Shown here one piece after another: positions 6,997 to 8,019 of a stretch of DNA of 8,019 bases. The position numbers were made by a program, and so were the translations under genes. Source of the stretch: Octopus sinensis (taxonomy: Eukaryota); contig NW_021828695.1 of NCBI RefSeq assembly GCF_006345805.1, positions 1 through 8,019 on the forward strand, written 5' to 3'. A model generated the notes under the pieces. It did no database searches and was not told the origin of the DNA. It saw only the letters and a program-made list of their open reading frames with translations. How positions within the stretch are numbered: the first letter of the stretch is position 1; each line of letters opens with the position of its first letter.

Positions 6997-7825
6997 TAGC
7001 ACATTGTTAATGGCGGTGCCCCAGCATGGCCACAGCTCATGAGCTGAAACTAGAATCAATCAATCGATCAATCAAAACCTGGTCGTGCTTTCATTTCTTA
7101 TACCTTTCCCGTGCCAACTTGAAGCATTATGTCACAATGTGTGCCACTGTCTTGTTCCAAGTTCCACAGGCTCTACATTTTTCTGACACCTTCTTTCCAT
7201 ATATATTTTCCCTCAAGCTGTTTGTTTGTTTTGTTTTTTGTTGCTTGATCTTGGGCTGCTACAATTAGGCACACTGTTTCTTTTTTTAACTCTATAACAA
7301 CAGTTTTTTTTTAATCAACACAATTAGGTTGCGTTGATGTTAATTATCTCGCTTGAGATAAGCAATTAACGCACGACAATGGTTGGGTGTATATTTACAA
7401 CAACCGTTTTAACCAGTTTACGGCGATGATTCATTCGGTTGCCTGGCGCCATGGGCTCTTAGGAGCATAGTTCGATTTGTTTTTGCTCCGCCTCTGTTCT
7501 GTTTTTGTTTTTTCCAAGGATTTCCTTTTTTTTCCTGAAGAGAAAGACACAATATGGTCTCATTATTCAATCGGATTTTGGTAATTTGTGCCTTTCGAAA
7601 CACGTGTAGAATGAAATAAAACGATTTCTGTTCAATCTGCGTTCAGCTCCATTTCTTCAATTCACCAATAATGTTTTAATTTCAATTATCCGCACCAACG
7701 CACGGTTGCAACGCCAGATGGTTGTACCTCCAACCGTGCTGTTACTGCTGTGATTTTTGCTACTAAGGTATCGGTTAAACTTTTGATTAATCTACTACAA
7801 GATTATTCATCTTTCTATTTCACAT

Positions 7826-7842
7826 AATATATATATATATAG

Positions 7843-7895
<53 letters not shown>

Positions 7896-7962
7896 GTATA
7901 TATATATGTATGTATAGGCGTTGGAGTGGCTGTGTGGTAAGTGGCTTGCATACCAGCCACAT

Positions 7963-7996
<34 letters not shown>
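7826..7996. repeat. (TA)n microsatellite interrupted by a SINE head
   Basis: Read directly. Confidence 0.95.
7917..7965 (+). mobile_element. tRNA-type SINE head (A-box only), truncated by (TA)n
   Basis: GGCGTTGGAGTGGCTGTGTGGTAAGTGGCTTGCATACCAGCCACATGGT; homologous to 857-895 and 1043-1082. Confidence 0.7.
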
Positions 7997-8001
<5 letters not shown>

Positions 8002-8019
8002 GAGTTTAGTAACAAGTTG

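Larger units (their letters stand above)
6877..7075 (+). mobile_element. 5S rRNA-headed retroposon (candidate SINE3-type element or 5S/LINE-tail chimera)
   Basis: 5S body 6880-6996, linker, LINE-type tail 7012-7052, (ATCA)n 7055-7074; flanked by AACC at 6873-6876 and 7076-7079. Confidence 0.85.
6702..7292 (-). mobile_element. Decayed RLE-type non-LTR retrotransposon fragment (R4/Dong-like): CCHC knuckle, RHD motif and start of the PD-(D/E)xK nuclease; split by the 5S element
   Basis: Hand translation: ELKKETVCLIVAAQDQA / TNSLRENIYGKKVSEKCRACGTWNKTVAHIVT*CFKLARERYKK*KHDQV [insertion] VKVLHWKLCQKWGFEAGNT*YNHRVESVL*SEKCKIWCNFSIQTDKKL / NRPNITV. This matches the family pattern AAQDQA...CxxC...HI...C..LA...RHD.V...HW.LC...WDF.IQTD...RPD. 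Confidence 0.88.

Overview
Eukaryotic, AT-rich, microsatellite-dense non-genic DNA made mostly of retroelement debris. The SINE and 5S sequences resemble, from memory, octopus/cephalopod DNA; this is not verified. No intact host gene is supportable. Main contents: (1) a decayed APE-RT LINE of the CR1/L2 group on the minus strand (~2567-4980) with a large in-frame internal deletion in ORF2; (2) a decayed restriction-like-endonuclease (R4/Dong-type) LINE fragment on the minus strand (~6702-7292) that the ORF track misses; (3) several tRNA-type SINE fragments; (4) the highlight, a 199-bp unit (6877-7075) consisting of a near full-length 5S rRNA, a short linker, the same 3' tail as the CR1-like LINE and an (ATCA)n end. 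This unit is flanked by an AACC duplication and splits the RLE reading frame exactly, so it is a candidate minimal 5S-derived SINE (SINE3-type) with a member of its likely partner LINE family in the same window. The tail motif occurs four times, and its stem-loop shows compensatory changes. All alignments and translations outside the ORF track were done by eye.
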